Shown: positions 14,853 to 23,527 of the stretch, in pieces
Position numbering within the stretch: position 1 is the stretch's first letter
How the letters are laid out: each line of letters opens with the position of its first letter
Assembly: GCA_003194425.1 (NCBI GenBank)
Contig: PQXB01000001.1
Coordinates: forward strand, 220,444-252,443
DNA length: 32,000 nt
Reading direction: 5' to 3'
Source of the DNA: Candidatus Methanophagaceae archaeon
GTDB taxonomy: Archaea; Halobacteriota; Syntropharchaeia; Alkanophagales; Methanospirareceae
Made by a program: the position numbers and the translations under genes
Notes under the pieces: generated by a model
The model's database searches: none
What the model saw: only the letters and a program-made list of their open reading frames with translations
Told to the model about the DNA's origin: nothing

Positions 14853-16155
14853 TTTTTTCTTTTTCTCTGCTCTCGATCTTCAATCCAAAGCAGTCAAAAA
14901 CCAAGTCCGCCTCTCCCACCTCCTCTAACTCCAAAAACCTCAAACCAAGCCCCTCCTCTACCTCCGCCCTCGAAAACAACTCGTCGTAAACAAAAACATT
15001 CAGCCCCTTCTCCGAGAGCGACCTCGCCAACGCCAAATTCCTGCTATGATACAACTCTTTCACCCCCTCTCTAAATGTTATTCCTTTCACGCAAATTTTA
15101 ACCTCGCTCAGCGGTTTGTTTACTCGGAGGCAGCCCAAAATAATCCGCTCCGCCCAATACTCAACCATTTCATCGTTCCCCCCCCTCGCAGCCCTCAACA
15201 ACCTCGCAGACCCGAACTTCCCCCGCTGCTCCGCCCGTTCCGCTGCCCTAATCAAGAACCACGGGTACACAGGAATGCAATGCCCTCCAACGCCCGTAGA
15301 AGGCAGAAGCAGGTGGCAATATTCGTGGTTCGCAAACTCCCTCGCCTCATAAAAATCCACACCCAACTCCTCTGCAATCCTGAAGAGCTCGTTCGCCAGC
15401 CCAACATTCACATCCCGGTAACACCCCTCCGCAATTTTTATGAACTCCGCAACCCGCGCAGACGAGACCAAGTGCAAGTTCGGAACAAAATTTTTATAAA
15501 CCTCAAATGCCCTAACCCCGCTCTCTCTGTTCGCACCGCCCACGACCTTCGGAAACTCACGCAGCCTCGAAATGCTGTACCCTGTCATTATTCGCTCAGG
15601 CGAGTGTGCAAGGTAAAATCCCCTCTCCTGCTCCCCCTCCTGCCCCTGCTCCTGCCCCTGCTCCTGCCCCTGCTCCTGCTCCTCCTGCCCCTGCCCCTGC
15701 TTCAGCCTCAGTCCACTCTCCTCTTCCAACCAACCCCTCGCAACTCCTTCCGTCGTCCCAGGCGGAACAGTCGTCTCCAAAACCACCAAGTCCCCCTTCT
15801 TCAAAACTCCACCGACTTTCCTAAACGCACTCTCGAGAGCGCTGAACTCCGGGTTCTTGTCCTCGTCCGTGAACAGCGGCACAATCACAACAAAGACCTC
15901 ACAGCCCCTTGCATCCTCAAAATTAGGCGTCGCAACCAACTCCTTCCCGCCGTGCCTCGCAACCAACTCGTCCAACCCGCTCTCCTCGGGGATTGGATTT
16001 TCACCATTGTTAATTGCCTCGCACCTCCTCTCGTCAATGTCCACGCCAACGACCTCAAAACCGCTCCCGCTGTCCGCCATGACGCTCGCAAGCGGCAAGC
16101 CCGCTTTTCCTAAACCAACTACCGCAATCCTTACATCCCTCTTCTTAATCCTCAT
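14824..16155 (-). CDS. nucleotide-sugar dehydrogenase (UDP-glucose/GDP-mannose dehydrogenase family)
   Basis: IAVVGLGKAGLPLA Rossmann motif, LAHSPERIMTG, GVGGHCIPVYP. It has a repeat insert and overlaps the PUA gene by 29 nt. Confidence 0.78.
   Translation of the reverse strand: MRIKKRDVRIAVVGLGKAGLPLASVMADSGSGFEVVGVDIDERRCEAINNGENPIPEESGLDELVARHGGKELVATPNFEDARGCEVFVVIVPLFTDEDKNPEFSALESAFRKVGGVLKKGDLVVLETTVPPGTTEGVARGWLEEESGLRLKQGQGQEEQEQGQEQGQEQGQEGEQERGFYLAHSPERIMTGYSISRLREFPKVVGGANRESGVRAFEVYKNFVPNLHLVSSARVAEFIKIAEGCYRDVNVGLANELFRIAEELGVDFYEAREFANHEYCHLLLPSTGVGGHCIPVYPWFLIRAAERAEQRGKFGSARLLRAARGGNDEMVEYWAERIILGCLRVNKPLSEVKICVKGITFREGVKELYHSRNLALARSLSEKGLNVFVYDELFSRAEVEEGLGLRFLELEEVGEADLVFDCFGLKIESREKEKNGESGHGRK
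15639..15674. repeat. 12-bp tandem repeat x3 perfect (cctgcccctgct) within a low-complexity block at 15627-15702
   Basis: Encodes QGQGQEEQEQGQEQGQEQGQEGEQE on the minus strand. Confidence 0.9.
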
Positions 16156-16180
16156 TGTCTCAGCCTGCCTTCCCGATATT

Positions 16181-16204
16181 CTTCAGTTTGAACTTCAGTT
16201 TGAA
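16181..16204. repeat. 12-bp perfect tandem duplication (cttcagtttgaa x2)
   Basis: Intergenic, upstream of the dehydrogenase gene. Confidence 0.9.
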
Positions 16205-16219
16205 TATTTAGTGAAAGCG

Positions 16220-17626
16220 TTAGTCGTGGTTAAATGAAATAAGTGGCGTAGGTAGGACTCTACACATCACAACGCCCTCGGCAACCTTCGGCAGGAAGAG
16301 CGTGGACTTCTGCGGAAATGCCTTCCTCTCCTCTCGTGCCTTGTGCTCTACTTCTGCGATTCGCAGCGGTTTCAGGAAAAACGCAACCCTGCACTCACCC
16401 GCGTCCACCTTTCTAACCGCCTCCCGCGGACTGGCGACGAAAGCAATTTCACTAACCGTCGGGTCAGGCACAGAGTCAGGACCAAGAACCCACTCGTGCA
16501 GGCTTATCAAATCCAGCCCCACTCGTTCGCCCCGCTCCTCTGCTAACGCCCTTATTTTTCGCTCGTCCACCCGCAGCAAAAAAAAATTGTCGCCGTCGTA
16601 CATTCCCAACCTGACCCTAAATTCGTTCTCGTCGTTCTCGTTCTCGTTCTCGCTCTCGCTCTCACACCACTTGCTCTCACACCACTTGCTCTCACACCAC
16701 TTGCTCCTCTCGTAGCTTTCAACTTTTTCAACTTTTTCAACACAAAAATTCGCCTCTACCCGCGACCACAAATCCTGCATCCGAGATTCTCCCACTTTCA
16801 CGCACCTGTGCCAGGGAAGGAGTAAAAGCCCTTTCCCCTCGTCCCTGCCGTCCAAGAGCATCGTCAGCGCGTACGCCGCCGTTCCCAGCCGGGAAGAAGC
16901 GGCGTAGCGGTGGTGCCCGTCGAGAATAATAATTTTCTCCCCCTTCATCAGCGACTGAATCCTGCCGACAATTTCCGTGTCCGAAATTTCCCAAAGCAAG
17001 TGCCGAGCACCGTCTAACTCAACGTCCACAATCGGGTCGCGCCTCAAATAATTCTCAAAAATACGACTCATTTCGCTCTTCCCCTCACCCTCGTGGTCGT
17101 GGCTCGACATCTTGTACGCGGCAACAATCGGAGAGAAGTGCAGGTCGCACGCTTTCATCAGCCGGCACCGCTCCCGCGTCTTCGCCTCAAAAGTCTTCTC
17201 GTGCCCAAAAATCTCGCCCTCGTTCAGCCGCTCGGTTTTCACCAGCGCCACCAGCCCGAGTGCGAAGTAGATCTCTCGTCGGTCTTCCTCCGGAATTTGC
17301 TCCAGAACCTCTCCCGAGAGGCTGTACCTGACGCCGTAAATGTAGAACGCGGGCTTCTCTCGCTCGACCAGAAGCCGCTCGCGGAAGAACCTGTTGAGGT
17401 TCTGCTTCGCAGCCACCACAAATTCCCGCTCTTCTACGCCCTCTTTTCGTGTGGTAAAGCAGATTACATTGTTCTTTTTGGCGGAATATTTCTCGTACAG
17501 GGCTGCGTCAATCGTGTCATAAACCGGGCAGACCATTTCCGCCCGGCTCCCCTTTCCCCCCTTCCCCGTCTCCCGCTCCAATTCCGGGTTCAGAACTACC
17601 GCCTTGAAAGGTTTGATCTTTACCAT
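16220..17626 (-). CDS. DUF1015 family protein
   Basis: IKPFKAV, CPVYDTID, PAFYIYGVRY, FGHEKTFEAKTRER, HFSPIV, ILDGHHRYAAS. Confidence 0.78.
   Translation of the reverse strand: MVKIKPFKAVVLNPELERETGKGGKGSRAEMVCPVYDTIDAALYEKYSAKKNNVICFTTRKEGVEEREFVVAAKQNLNRFFRERLLVEREKPAFYIYGVRYSLSGEVLEQIPEEDRREIYFALGLVALVKTERLNEGEIFGHEKTFEAKTRERCRLMKACDLHFSPIVAAYKMSSHDHEGEGKSEMSRIFENYLRRDPIVDVELDGARHLLWEISDTEIVGRIQSLMKGEKIIILDGHHRYAASSRLGTAAYALTMLLDGRDEGKGLLLLPWHRCVKVGESRMQDLWSRVEANFCVEKVEKVESYERSKWCESKWCESKWCESESENENENDENEFRVRLGMYDGDNFFLLRVDERKIRALAEERGERVGLDLISLHEWVLGPDSVPDPTVSEIAFVASPREAVRKVDAGECRVAFFLKPLRIAEVEHKAREERKAFPQKSTLFLPKVAEGVVMCRVLPTPLISFNHD
16625..16702. repeat. Hexamer run (gttctc/gctctc) followed by a 15-bp tandem repeat x3 perfect (gctctcacaccactt, 16658-16702)
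   Basis: Encodes SKWCESKWCESKWCESESENENENDENE on the minus strand. Confidence 0.9.
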
Positions 17627-17661
17627 TTTTGTTTAATTCAATTTTGATATCTTTATTTGTA

Positions 17662-18606
17662 ATGAAATTCTCGGGCTCGCTCTCAGAGGCGGAGAAGGAG
17701 AAGGCGTCGTACGAAATAGTTGGCGTGCCGTTCGACGGTAACGCCTTCAAGAAAGGCGCGAGGGAAGGACCGAGAGCGGTAAGAAAAGCGTCGCAGCGGC
17801 TTGAGACTTTCTTGTGGCACGAGAAACTCGAGCTCTCGGATTTGCTGTACTACGACCGTGGGGATTTGGATTTGAGCGGGTTTGGCGAGTTTGGCGAGTT
17901 TGGCGAGTTTGGCGGGTTTGGCGAGTTTGGAGGTTTAGTGAGTTTGGAGGGGTTGGAGGGGTTGGACCTGCGGAAGAAGAAGGTTTTTATCGGCGGAGAC
18001 CATTCCGTCTCCTTTCCTCTCGTCAAACATTTCTTCGAGCGGGGTGAGGTCGAGAGGGTGGTAGTTTTAGACGCCCACACCGACTTCAGAGACTCCTACA
18101 AGAGCAACAAATTCTCCAACGCCTGCGTGGTGCGGCGGGTGGCGGAGTTGGTAGGACTTGAGCGGGTGGTTGAGATTGGGGTTCGGTCGTCTTCCGAGGA
18201 GGAGTACGCGCTGCTTAAAGACAACGACAAACTCCGGATTTACGACGCAGGGACGCTGAGGCGGGAAGGAGGAAGAGCAGGAGAAGGGGAAGGAGGAAGA
18301 AGTGAAAGAGGAAGAAGTGAAAGAGGAGGAAGAGAAGAGGCGACTTACCTCTCGATTGACATTGACGTGCTTGACCCAAGCGTAGCGCCGGGAGTGGAGA
18401 ATCCAGAGCCTTGCGGGTTCTCGCTGGAGCGGTTGATTTCTGTGGTGCGTGGCGTGATAAAATCTGAGGGAGTGAGAGTGGTTGCGGCGGATGTGGTTGA
18501 GGTGAACCCGCGACAGGACAACCCAAACGGAATTACAAGCCTCAACGCTGCAAGGCTCGTGTTTGAGATCTTGGCAGGCTACTGGGAAAGGGACAGCCGT
18601 TATTAA
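17662..18606 (+). CDS. speB: agmatinase (arginase/ureohydrolase family)
   Basis: GVPFDG, GGDHSVSFP, LDAHTDF, LSIDIDVLDPSVAPGV. ATG at 17662 is preferred over TTG at 17629. Confidence 0.78.
   Translation: MKFSGSLSEAEKEKASYEIVGVPFDGNAFKKGAREGPRAVRKASQRLETFLWHEKLELSDLLYYDRGDLDLSGFGEFGEFGEFGGFGEFGGLVSLEGLEGLDLRKKKVFIGGDHSVSFPLVKHFFERGEVERVVVLDAHTDFRDSYKSNKFSNACVVRRVAELVGLERVVEIGVRSSSEEEYALLKDNDKLRIYDAGTLRREGGRAGEGEGGRSERGRSERGGREEATYLSIDIDVLDPSVAPGVENPEPCGFSLERLISVVRGVIKSEGVRVVAADVVEVNPRQDNPNGITSLNAARLVFEILAGYWERDSRY
17881..17966. repeat. 9-bp tandem repeat x about 6 (tttggcgag), then ttggagggg x2
   Basis: Encodes GEFGEFGEFGGFGEFGG..LEGLEGL. Confidence 0.9.
18268..18345. repeat. Purine-rich repeat block including a 15-bp x2 unit (ggaagaagtgaaaga)
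   Basis: Encodes REGGRAGEGEGGRSERGRSERGGREE inside agmatinase. Confidence 0.8.
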
Positions 18607-18633
18607 TTTACACAAAAACAAACTACTACAAAA

Positions 18634-20346
18634 ATGCACTGGTCGTTGGCGATTGCGAAGGAAATCGTAAAGCGTGGAAGAGAGAAAGAGAAGCAAGGAG
18701 AAGAGAGGGGAGGTGAGAAGCGTGGTGAGAAGCGCGGAGAAAGGGGAGGAGAGAAGCGTGGTGAGAAGAGGCAGGTGGTTGCGACAGGAATTACGCCGTC
18801 TGGCGAGATTCACGTGGGCAACCTGCGAGAAATAATTACAGGAGCAGCGGTGCATTCCGCTCTCGTGGATCTGGGTGTGGAGGCTAGGCTAATTTACATC
18901 GCGGACACTTTCGACCCGCTGCGGCGAAGGTACTCTTTTCTGCCCGAAGAGTACGAGGTAGAGGTTGGGAGACCGCTGTCCGAGATTCCTGACCCGCGGG
19001 GGTGCCACTCGTCTTACGCCGAGCACTTTCTGCAGCCGTTCCTCGAGTCGTTGGAGGAGTTGGGCATAAAAGTGGAGGTCTTCAGAGCCGACGAAATGTA
19101 CAAGTCGGGGCAGTACGCGGAGGCGATAAAAGAGGCAGTTGCGAGAAGAGCGGAGTTGTCGCGAATTCTTGAGGAGGTCTCGGGCAGGCGACTACCCGAG
19201 GGCGAGGGTTGGTCGCCTTTTAATCCGCTCTGCGACGCCTGCGGCAGAATTACAACCGCGGTCGTGAAAGAGTCCAGCTTGGACTTGGAGAGCCTGGAGA
19301 GAGAGGAGGTGCGTTACGAGTGCGAGTGCGGGAACGAGGGCGTCGCCTCGTTTAAGGGTGGTGGGAAGTTGGCGTGGCGGGTGGACTGGGCGGCGAGGTG
19401 GAAAATATTGGGCGTTACAGTCGAGCCGTTTGGCAAGGACCACGCCGCTCCCGGGGGGTCGTTCGAGACTGGAAAGCGAATTTCCGCCGAGATTTTCAAT
19501 TACGAGCCACCTTTCCCTGTCCCGTTTGAGCACATTCTTTTGAAGACGAAGCGGGAAGGAGAAGGGGCAAAGGCAAAAGTTACGGCAATGTCCTCGTCCC
19601 GGGGAACGAACGTTCCAGTGCACGAGGTTTTGGAGACGGTGCCGCCGGAGGTCTTGAAGCACCTCATTTTGAGAACCCGCCCCGAGAAGCACATTGAGTT
19701 TGACCCTGGTTTACCGCTGCTCAATTTAATTGACGAGTACGAGCGGGAGAAGGGCGGAATCGGAAAAGGAACCGCGGGTAAAATCCCGTTCAGGCATCTC
19801 TTAACGTTGGTGCAAATTGCACGGGGCGATTTCTCCGAACTCCTCGAGGTCGTCAAAAGGAGCGGGTACGAGGTTCGTGTGGAGAGCGAAGAAGAGAGCG
19901 AAGAAGAGAGCGAAGAAGAGAGGAAGGAAATAAAAAAGAAGGCGGGCTACGCGGAGAATTGGCTGCGGAAGTACGCACCCCCGAGTTTGAAGTTCGAGCT
20001 GCAGTCCGCGTTGCCGAGCGAGGAGGTGAAAAATCTGTCAGAAGGGCAGAAGAGGGCGTTGGGGCAGTTGGCAGGGCAAATAAAAGGGAGGGGAAAGGGA
20101 GAAGAGGGAAGGAACTTGAGTGCTGCGGAGTGGCAGGATAAAATCTACGAAGTCGCTGCGGCTACCGAGACGGAGGCGAAGGAGATTTTTAAGGCGGTTT
20201 ACTTGGCTCTGTTGGGAAAGCCTTCGGGACCGCGGGCTGGCTGGCTGCTCGCTTCTCTGGACGCGGAATTCCTGAGAGGGCGGTTTGAGGCGGTGCGGGA
20301 GTGCGAAGCAAATCCAAAGGAATTGCCCGGTCGTGAACCGCGGTAG
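18634..20346 (+). CDS. lysK: lysyl-tRNA synthetase, class I
   Basis: TGITPSGEIHVGNLRE (HIGH-like), WRVDWAARW, FGKDH, AMSSSRG (KMSKS-like). These are typical of class I LysRS. Confidence 0.9.
   Translation: MHWSLAIAKEIVKRGREKEKQGEERGGEKRGEKRGERGGEKRGEKRQVVATGITPSGEIHVGNLREIITGAAVHSALVDLGVEARLIYIADTFDPLRRRYSFLPEEYEVEVGRPLSEIPDPRGCHSSYAEHFLQPFLESLEELGIKVEVFRADEMYKSGQYAEAIKEAVARRAELSRILEEVSGRRLPEGEGWSPFNPLCDACGRITTAVVKESSLDLESLEREEVRYECECGNEGVASFKGGGKLAWRVDWAARWKILGVTVEPFGKDHAAPGGSFETGKRISAEIFNYEPPFPVPFEHILLKTKREGEGAKAKVTAMSSSRGTNVPVHEVLETVPPEVLKHLILRTRPEKHIEFDPGLPLLNLIDEYEREKGGIGKGTAGKIPFRHLLTLVQIARGDFSELLEVVKRSGYEVRVESEEESEEESEEERKEIKKKAGYAENWLRKYAPPSLKFELQSALPSEEVKNLSEGQKRALGQLAGQIKGRGKGEEGRNLSAAEWQDKIYEVAAATETEAKEIFKAVYLALLGKPSGPRAGWLLASLDAEFLRGRFEAVRECEANPKELPGREPR
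18703..18775. repeat. 12-bp-based repeat block (ggtgagaagcgt and variants)
   Basis: Encodes ERGGEKRGEKRGERGGEKRGEKR just upstream of the HIGH-like motif. Confidence 0.85.
19882..19917. repeat. 12-bp tandem repeat x3 perfect (gagagcgaagaa)
   Basis: Encodes ESEEESEEESEE. Confidence 0.9.
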
Positions 20347-21031
20347 CGACCAACGCACCTTTCACCCCGACCGCCTCCAGCCGAGACAAGTCCTCGCAGC
20401 CCCTAACTCCGCCACCGCACAAAATTGAGTGCTCCGAGCACTCAACGCAGCGAGCTAGGAAATCAAAGTCAATCCCGCGTTTTGTCCCCACACGGTCCAG
20501 TTCCAGCACAATTATTTCCTCAACCGAAAACGCGTTCAACTTCTCTAACAGCCCCAGCGGTTCAACCCTCAAACTCTCGTCCCGAGCCAACACCTTTTTG
20601 TTGAAGAGGTCGAGGCTCACACTCGCACTCGCACTCGTGCCGCAAGAACAAAAAACATTAGACGCCGCCTCAAGCAGCGACAAAGACGCGGTCTCTGTCC
20701 CTAAAACAATTGTGTCAGCAAGTCCTGCCTCCGCTACTTCTCTCAACTCCACCACCCCCCGCACGCCACAATCCAGCATTAGTCTCGCCTCGTTGTTCTT
20801 CGCTCTTATTTCGCTAACTGCTTCTTTGTTAGAGCCGCCTGTCCCCGTAAGCCTGTTCAGGTCTGCGAGATAAATTTCCGCAGGTCTCACCGCTTCCAGA
20901 ACCCGAAGAGGGTCCGAGGTCTCAACAACAGAACTGAAGCGGTGAATCGGCTCGTACTTCTCTCGCTCGCCTCGCTTCGCGTGCACCACCACGCCGTCGA
21001 GCAAGTCCAACACAAAAATCAGTCGGAACAT
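20189..21031 (-). CDS. HisA/HisF-family TIM-barrel protein (not canonical HisA)
   Basis: MFRLIFVLDLLDGVVVH...IYLADLN...GGGVRGCEDL. The start is chosen at ATG 21031. The 3' tail overlaps lysK. Confidence 0.5.
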   Translation of the reverse strand: MFRLIFVLDLLDGVVVHAKRGEREKYEPIHRFSSVVETSDPLRVLEAVRPAEIYLADLNRLTGTGGSNKEAVSEIRAKNNEARLMLDCGVRGVVELREVAEAGLADTIVLGTETASLSLLEAASNVFCSCGTSASASVSLDLFNKKVLARDESLRVEPLGLLEKLNAFSVEEIIVLELDRVGTKRGIDFDFLARCVECSEHSILCGGGVRGCEDLSRLEAVGVKGALVATAVHDRAIPLDLLRTPAPPQTALSGIPRPEKRAASQPAVPKAFPTEPSKPP

Positions 21032-21034
21032 TTT

Positions 21035-21081
21035 TACCGCCACACCGTTACCGCCACACCGCACCGTTACCGCCACACCGT
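21035..21081. repeat. 14-bp tandem repeat (taccgccacaccgt) x3, the middle copy carrying a 5-nt insertion
   Basis: Lies between the hppA stop and the HisA-like start. Confidence 0.85.
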
Positions 21082-23219
21082 CACACCGGGAAGACGCAGT
21101 AAGCCACGAACAAGGACGAGAAGAGAATCGCGACCATCGTCATCGCCTTAATCAGCGGATTTATCGCAGGACCTGCAGTGTCTTTAAAAGGGTCACCGAC
21201 CGTGTCGCCAACGACCGCGGCTTTGTGTGCCTCGCTGCCTTTCCCGCCCAAGTAGCCGTCCTCAATCAGTTTCTTGGCGTTGTCCCACGCTGCACCGCCG
21301 TTCGCCATCATCAGTGCGAGCATCAAGCCCGAAATAATCACGCCAATTAGCAGCCCGCCGAGTGCAACCGGACCGAGCAGAAGCCCCACAGCCACCGGCA
21401 CGACGATCGCAATCAATCCCGGCACCACCATTTCACGCAGCGCCGCCGAAGTAACGATGTCCACGCACTTGCCGTACTCCGGTTTCGCGGTGCCGTCCCA
21501 AATGCCCGGAATCTCCTTGAACTGCCTTCTCACTTCTTCGACGACCTTGAACGCTCCCTTCCCTACCGCCCGCATCATCACGGAACTGAACAAGAAGGGA
21601 AGGAGACCGCCGAGCAGGAGTCCGACGAGCACGAGCGGGTTGAAGAGGCTGAACTCCTCCGCAGGCACGCCTACTTTGTGCAGGTAGTCAGAGAAGAGAG
21701 CTAAAGCCGCGATTGCCGCCGACGCGATTGCGTAGCCCTTTGTTACCGCTTTCGTGGTGTTTCCGACCGCGTCGAGCTTGTCGGTCGTCGCCCTGACCTC
21801 AGGAGGCAGGTCCGCCATCTCCGCAATCCCGCCCGCGTTGTCCGTAATCGGACCGTAGGAGTCGAGTGCGACGATAATTCCAGTGGTCGAGAGCATCGCG
21901 ACCGCGGCGATTGAAATCCCGTAAAGCCCGGCAATGCTCGCTGCTGCTCCGCCCCCGTCTGTCCCTCCCGTAGCCAAGAAAGGCACGAAGTAAGCGGCCA
22001 AAATCCCACCGCAAATTATCACGACCGGCAGCCCCGTAGACTGCATTCCTACCGCCAGACCTGTGATCAGATTCGTGCCAGCGCCTGTCTTGCTCGCGTC
22101 TGCAATTGAACGCACAGGGGCGTGCAGTTGCGTGAAGTATTCGGTGACGACGACCATTAAAGCCATAATTATTATTCCGACGACCGCTGAGACGAAGATT
22201 GAAATTCCGAACGGGTCGGTCCCGATTAACGCCGCGGTTACGGGGTAGAACAAAATTACGCTCAGCACCGAGGCTGTAGCAACGCCCTTGTAGAGCGTTT
22301 TCATAATGTCTCCGTGCTTCCCCATTCTGACTGCGAAGACCGCGACGATCGAGGCGAAGATCGCGACTGCTCCCAAGACCAGCGGGTACTCAATCGCGTG
22401 GACTGGGACTGCAAAACCTCCTGCCCCCGTTCCGCTTCCCCCCGTTCCGCTTCCTCCCTTCAACATCAAACCCCCGATTAGCATCGCTGCGATCGAAGTC
22501 ACAACATAAGTCTCAAACAGGTCGGCGCCCATTCCCGCGCAGTCGCCCACATTGTCGCCCACATTGTCCGCGATTACGCCTGCGTTTCGCGGGTCGTCCT
22601 CTGGAATCCCCGCCTCTACCTTGCCTACCAAGTCCGCACCGACGTCAGCGGCTTTTGTGTAAATCCCGCCGCCAACCCGTGCGAAAAGCGAAATCAGCGA
22701 GGCACCGAAGCCGTAGCCCACGACGAGGTCGACTGCGTGCGAGTCGCCGCCGAAGAGAATGTAGAGGCAGCTCGTCCCGAGCAGTGCGAGCCCCACGACT
22801 GCGAGTCCTGTTACCGCACCGCCGCGGAACGCGATCGTGAGTGCCCTGCGAACTCCTGACGAAGCGGCTTGAGCAACGCGGACGTTCGCCCTCGTCGAGA
22901 CGAACATTCCGATGTAGCCCGCTGCGGCGGAGCAGACCGCACCAGCCAAGAAACCCGCTGCGACCCTGCCCGAGTCGAAGAACCCGCCCGCGAAACCGCC
23001 TGAAAGAGCAACGAACAAGACCGCTGCGACCACGACTGCGACGACGCTGACGGTCTTGTACTGCCTCTTCAAGTAAGCGGCTGCTCCCTCTTGAACCGCC
23101 TCCGAGATTGCGTTCATCTTCTCGCTGCCCTTCTCCTGCCTGAGCGTCTGTGCAGCGAAGACCGCTGCGAACGTCAAACTTACGAGCCCTGCAACCGGCG
23201 CCAAGAATAACAAGTCCAT
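21081..23219 (-). CDS. hppA: membrane-bound H+-translocating pyrophosphatase
   Basis: 712 aa polytopic protein with [63 protein letters not shown] and GGAWDNAKK. Confidence 0.95.
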   Translation of the reverse strand: MDLLFLAPVAGLVSLTFAAVFAAQTLRQEKGSEKMNAISEAVQEGAAAYLKRQYKTVSVVAVVVAAVLFVALSGGFAGGFFDSGRVAAGFLAGAVCSAAAGYIGMFVSTRANVRVAQAASSGVRRALTIAFRGGAVTGLAVVGLALLGTSCLYILFGGDSHAVDLVVGYGFGASLISLFARVGGGIYTKAADVGADLVGKVEAGIPEDDPRNAGVIADNVGDNVGDCAGMGADLFETYVVTSIAAMLIGGLMLKGGSGTGGSGTGAGGFAVPVHAIEYPLVLGAVAIFASIVAVFAVRMGKHGDIMKTLYKGVATASVLSVILFYPVTAALIGTDPFGISIFVSAVVGIIIMALMVVVTEYFTQLHAPVRSIADASKTGAGTNLITGLAVGMQSTGLPVVIICGGILAAYFVPFLATGGTDGGGAAASIAGLYGISIAAVAMLSTTGIIVALDSYGPITDNAGGIAEMADLPPEVRATTDKLDAVGNTTKAVTKGYAIASAAIAALALFSDYLHKVGVPAEEFSLFNPLVLVGLLLGGLLPFLFSSVMMRAVGKGAFKVVEEVRRQFKEIPGIWDGTAKPEYGKCVDIVTSAALREMVVPGLIAIVVPVAVGLLLGPVALGGLLIGVIISGLMLALMMANGGAAWDNAKKLIEDGYLGGKGSEAHKAAVVGDTVGDPFKDTAGPAINPLIKAMTMVAILFSSLFVAYCVFPV
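22426..22455. repeat. 15-bp tandem duplication (cccgttccgcttccc x2)
   Basis: Encodes [11 protein letters not shown] within the PPase. Confidence 0.85.
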
Positions 23220-23298
23220 TTCTCTCTTCTCCTTCTTTCTTCTCTCTTTATCTTTTTATACTAAATAAAAGTAGAAAGAAAGGAAAGGAGAAAAATAA

Positions 23299-23372
23299 GG
23301 GGCAGTAGGGTAGCCAGGTCATCCTCGTGGCTTTGGGAGCCATGGACCCCAGTCCAAATCTGGGCTGCCCCA
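23299..23372 (+). tRNA. tRNA-Pro (anticodon UGG)
   Basis: Acceptor GGGGCAG/CTGCCCC, anticodon loop TTTGGGA, T-arm CCCAGTCCAAATCTGGG (C at position 55). Confidence 0.8.
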
Positions 23373-23384
23373 TTTCTCTCGCAA

Positions 23385-23493
23385 TGCGGGGGGCGTGACT
23401 CGAACACGCGGACTCCTACGAGACAGGGTCTCTCCGCAACTCCTTTAAGTTGCTCCTAAGCCCTGCGCCTTTTCCTATCTCAGCAACCCCCGC
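23385..23493 (-). tRNA. tRNA-Leu (anticodon UAG) with an intron of about 24 nt at 37/38
   Basis: Acceptor GCGGGGG/CCCCCGC, CAGGG-CTTAGG-intron-A-CCCTG, long variable arm, T-arm GCGTGTTCGAGTCACGC. Confidence 0.8.
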
Positions 23494-23527
23494 AAACAAC
23501 CACGAAGCGTTTTTGGTCAAACTTTTC

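Noticed and set aside
15046-16113. Long antisense or alternative-frame ORFs (for example 15046..16113 +, 10047..10739 -, 18067..18855 -, 6553..7518 -, 4860..5450 -, 23594..24112 +, 808..1257 +)
   Set aside because: They lie opposite or out of frame to strongly recognisable genes. Their translations are low-complexity and P/R/S/L-rich, as is typical of shadow ORFs in GC-rich DNA. They also lack Shine-Dalgarno or promoter context.
22542-22565. 12-bp x2 direct repeat in hppA as another lineage-specific insert
   Set aside because: It encodes the DNVGDNVGD motif that is conserved in membrane pyrophosphatases, so it is not an insertion. Only the nucleotide-level identity of the two halves is unusual.
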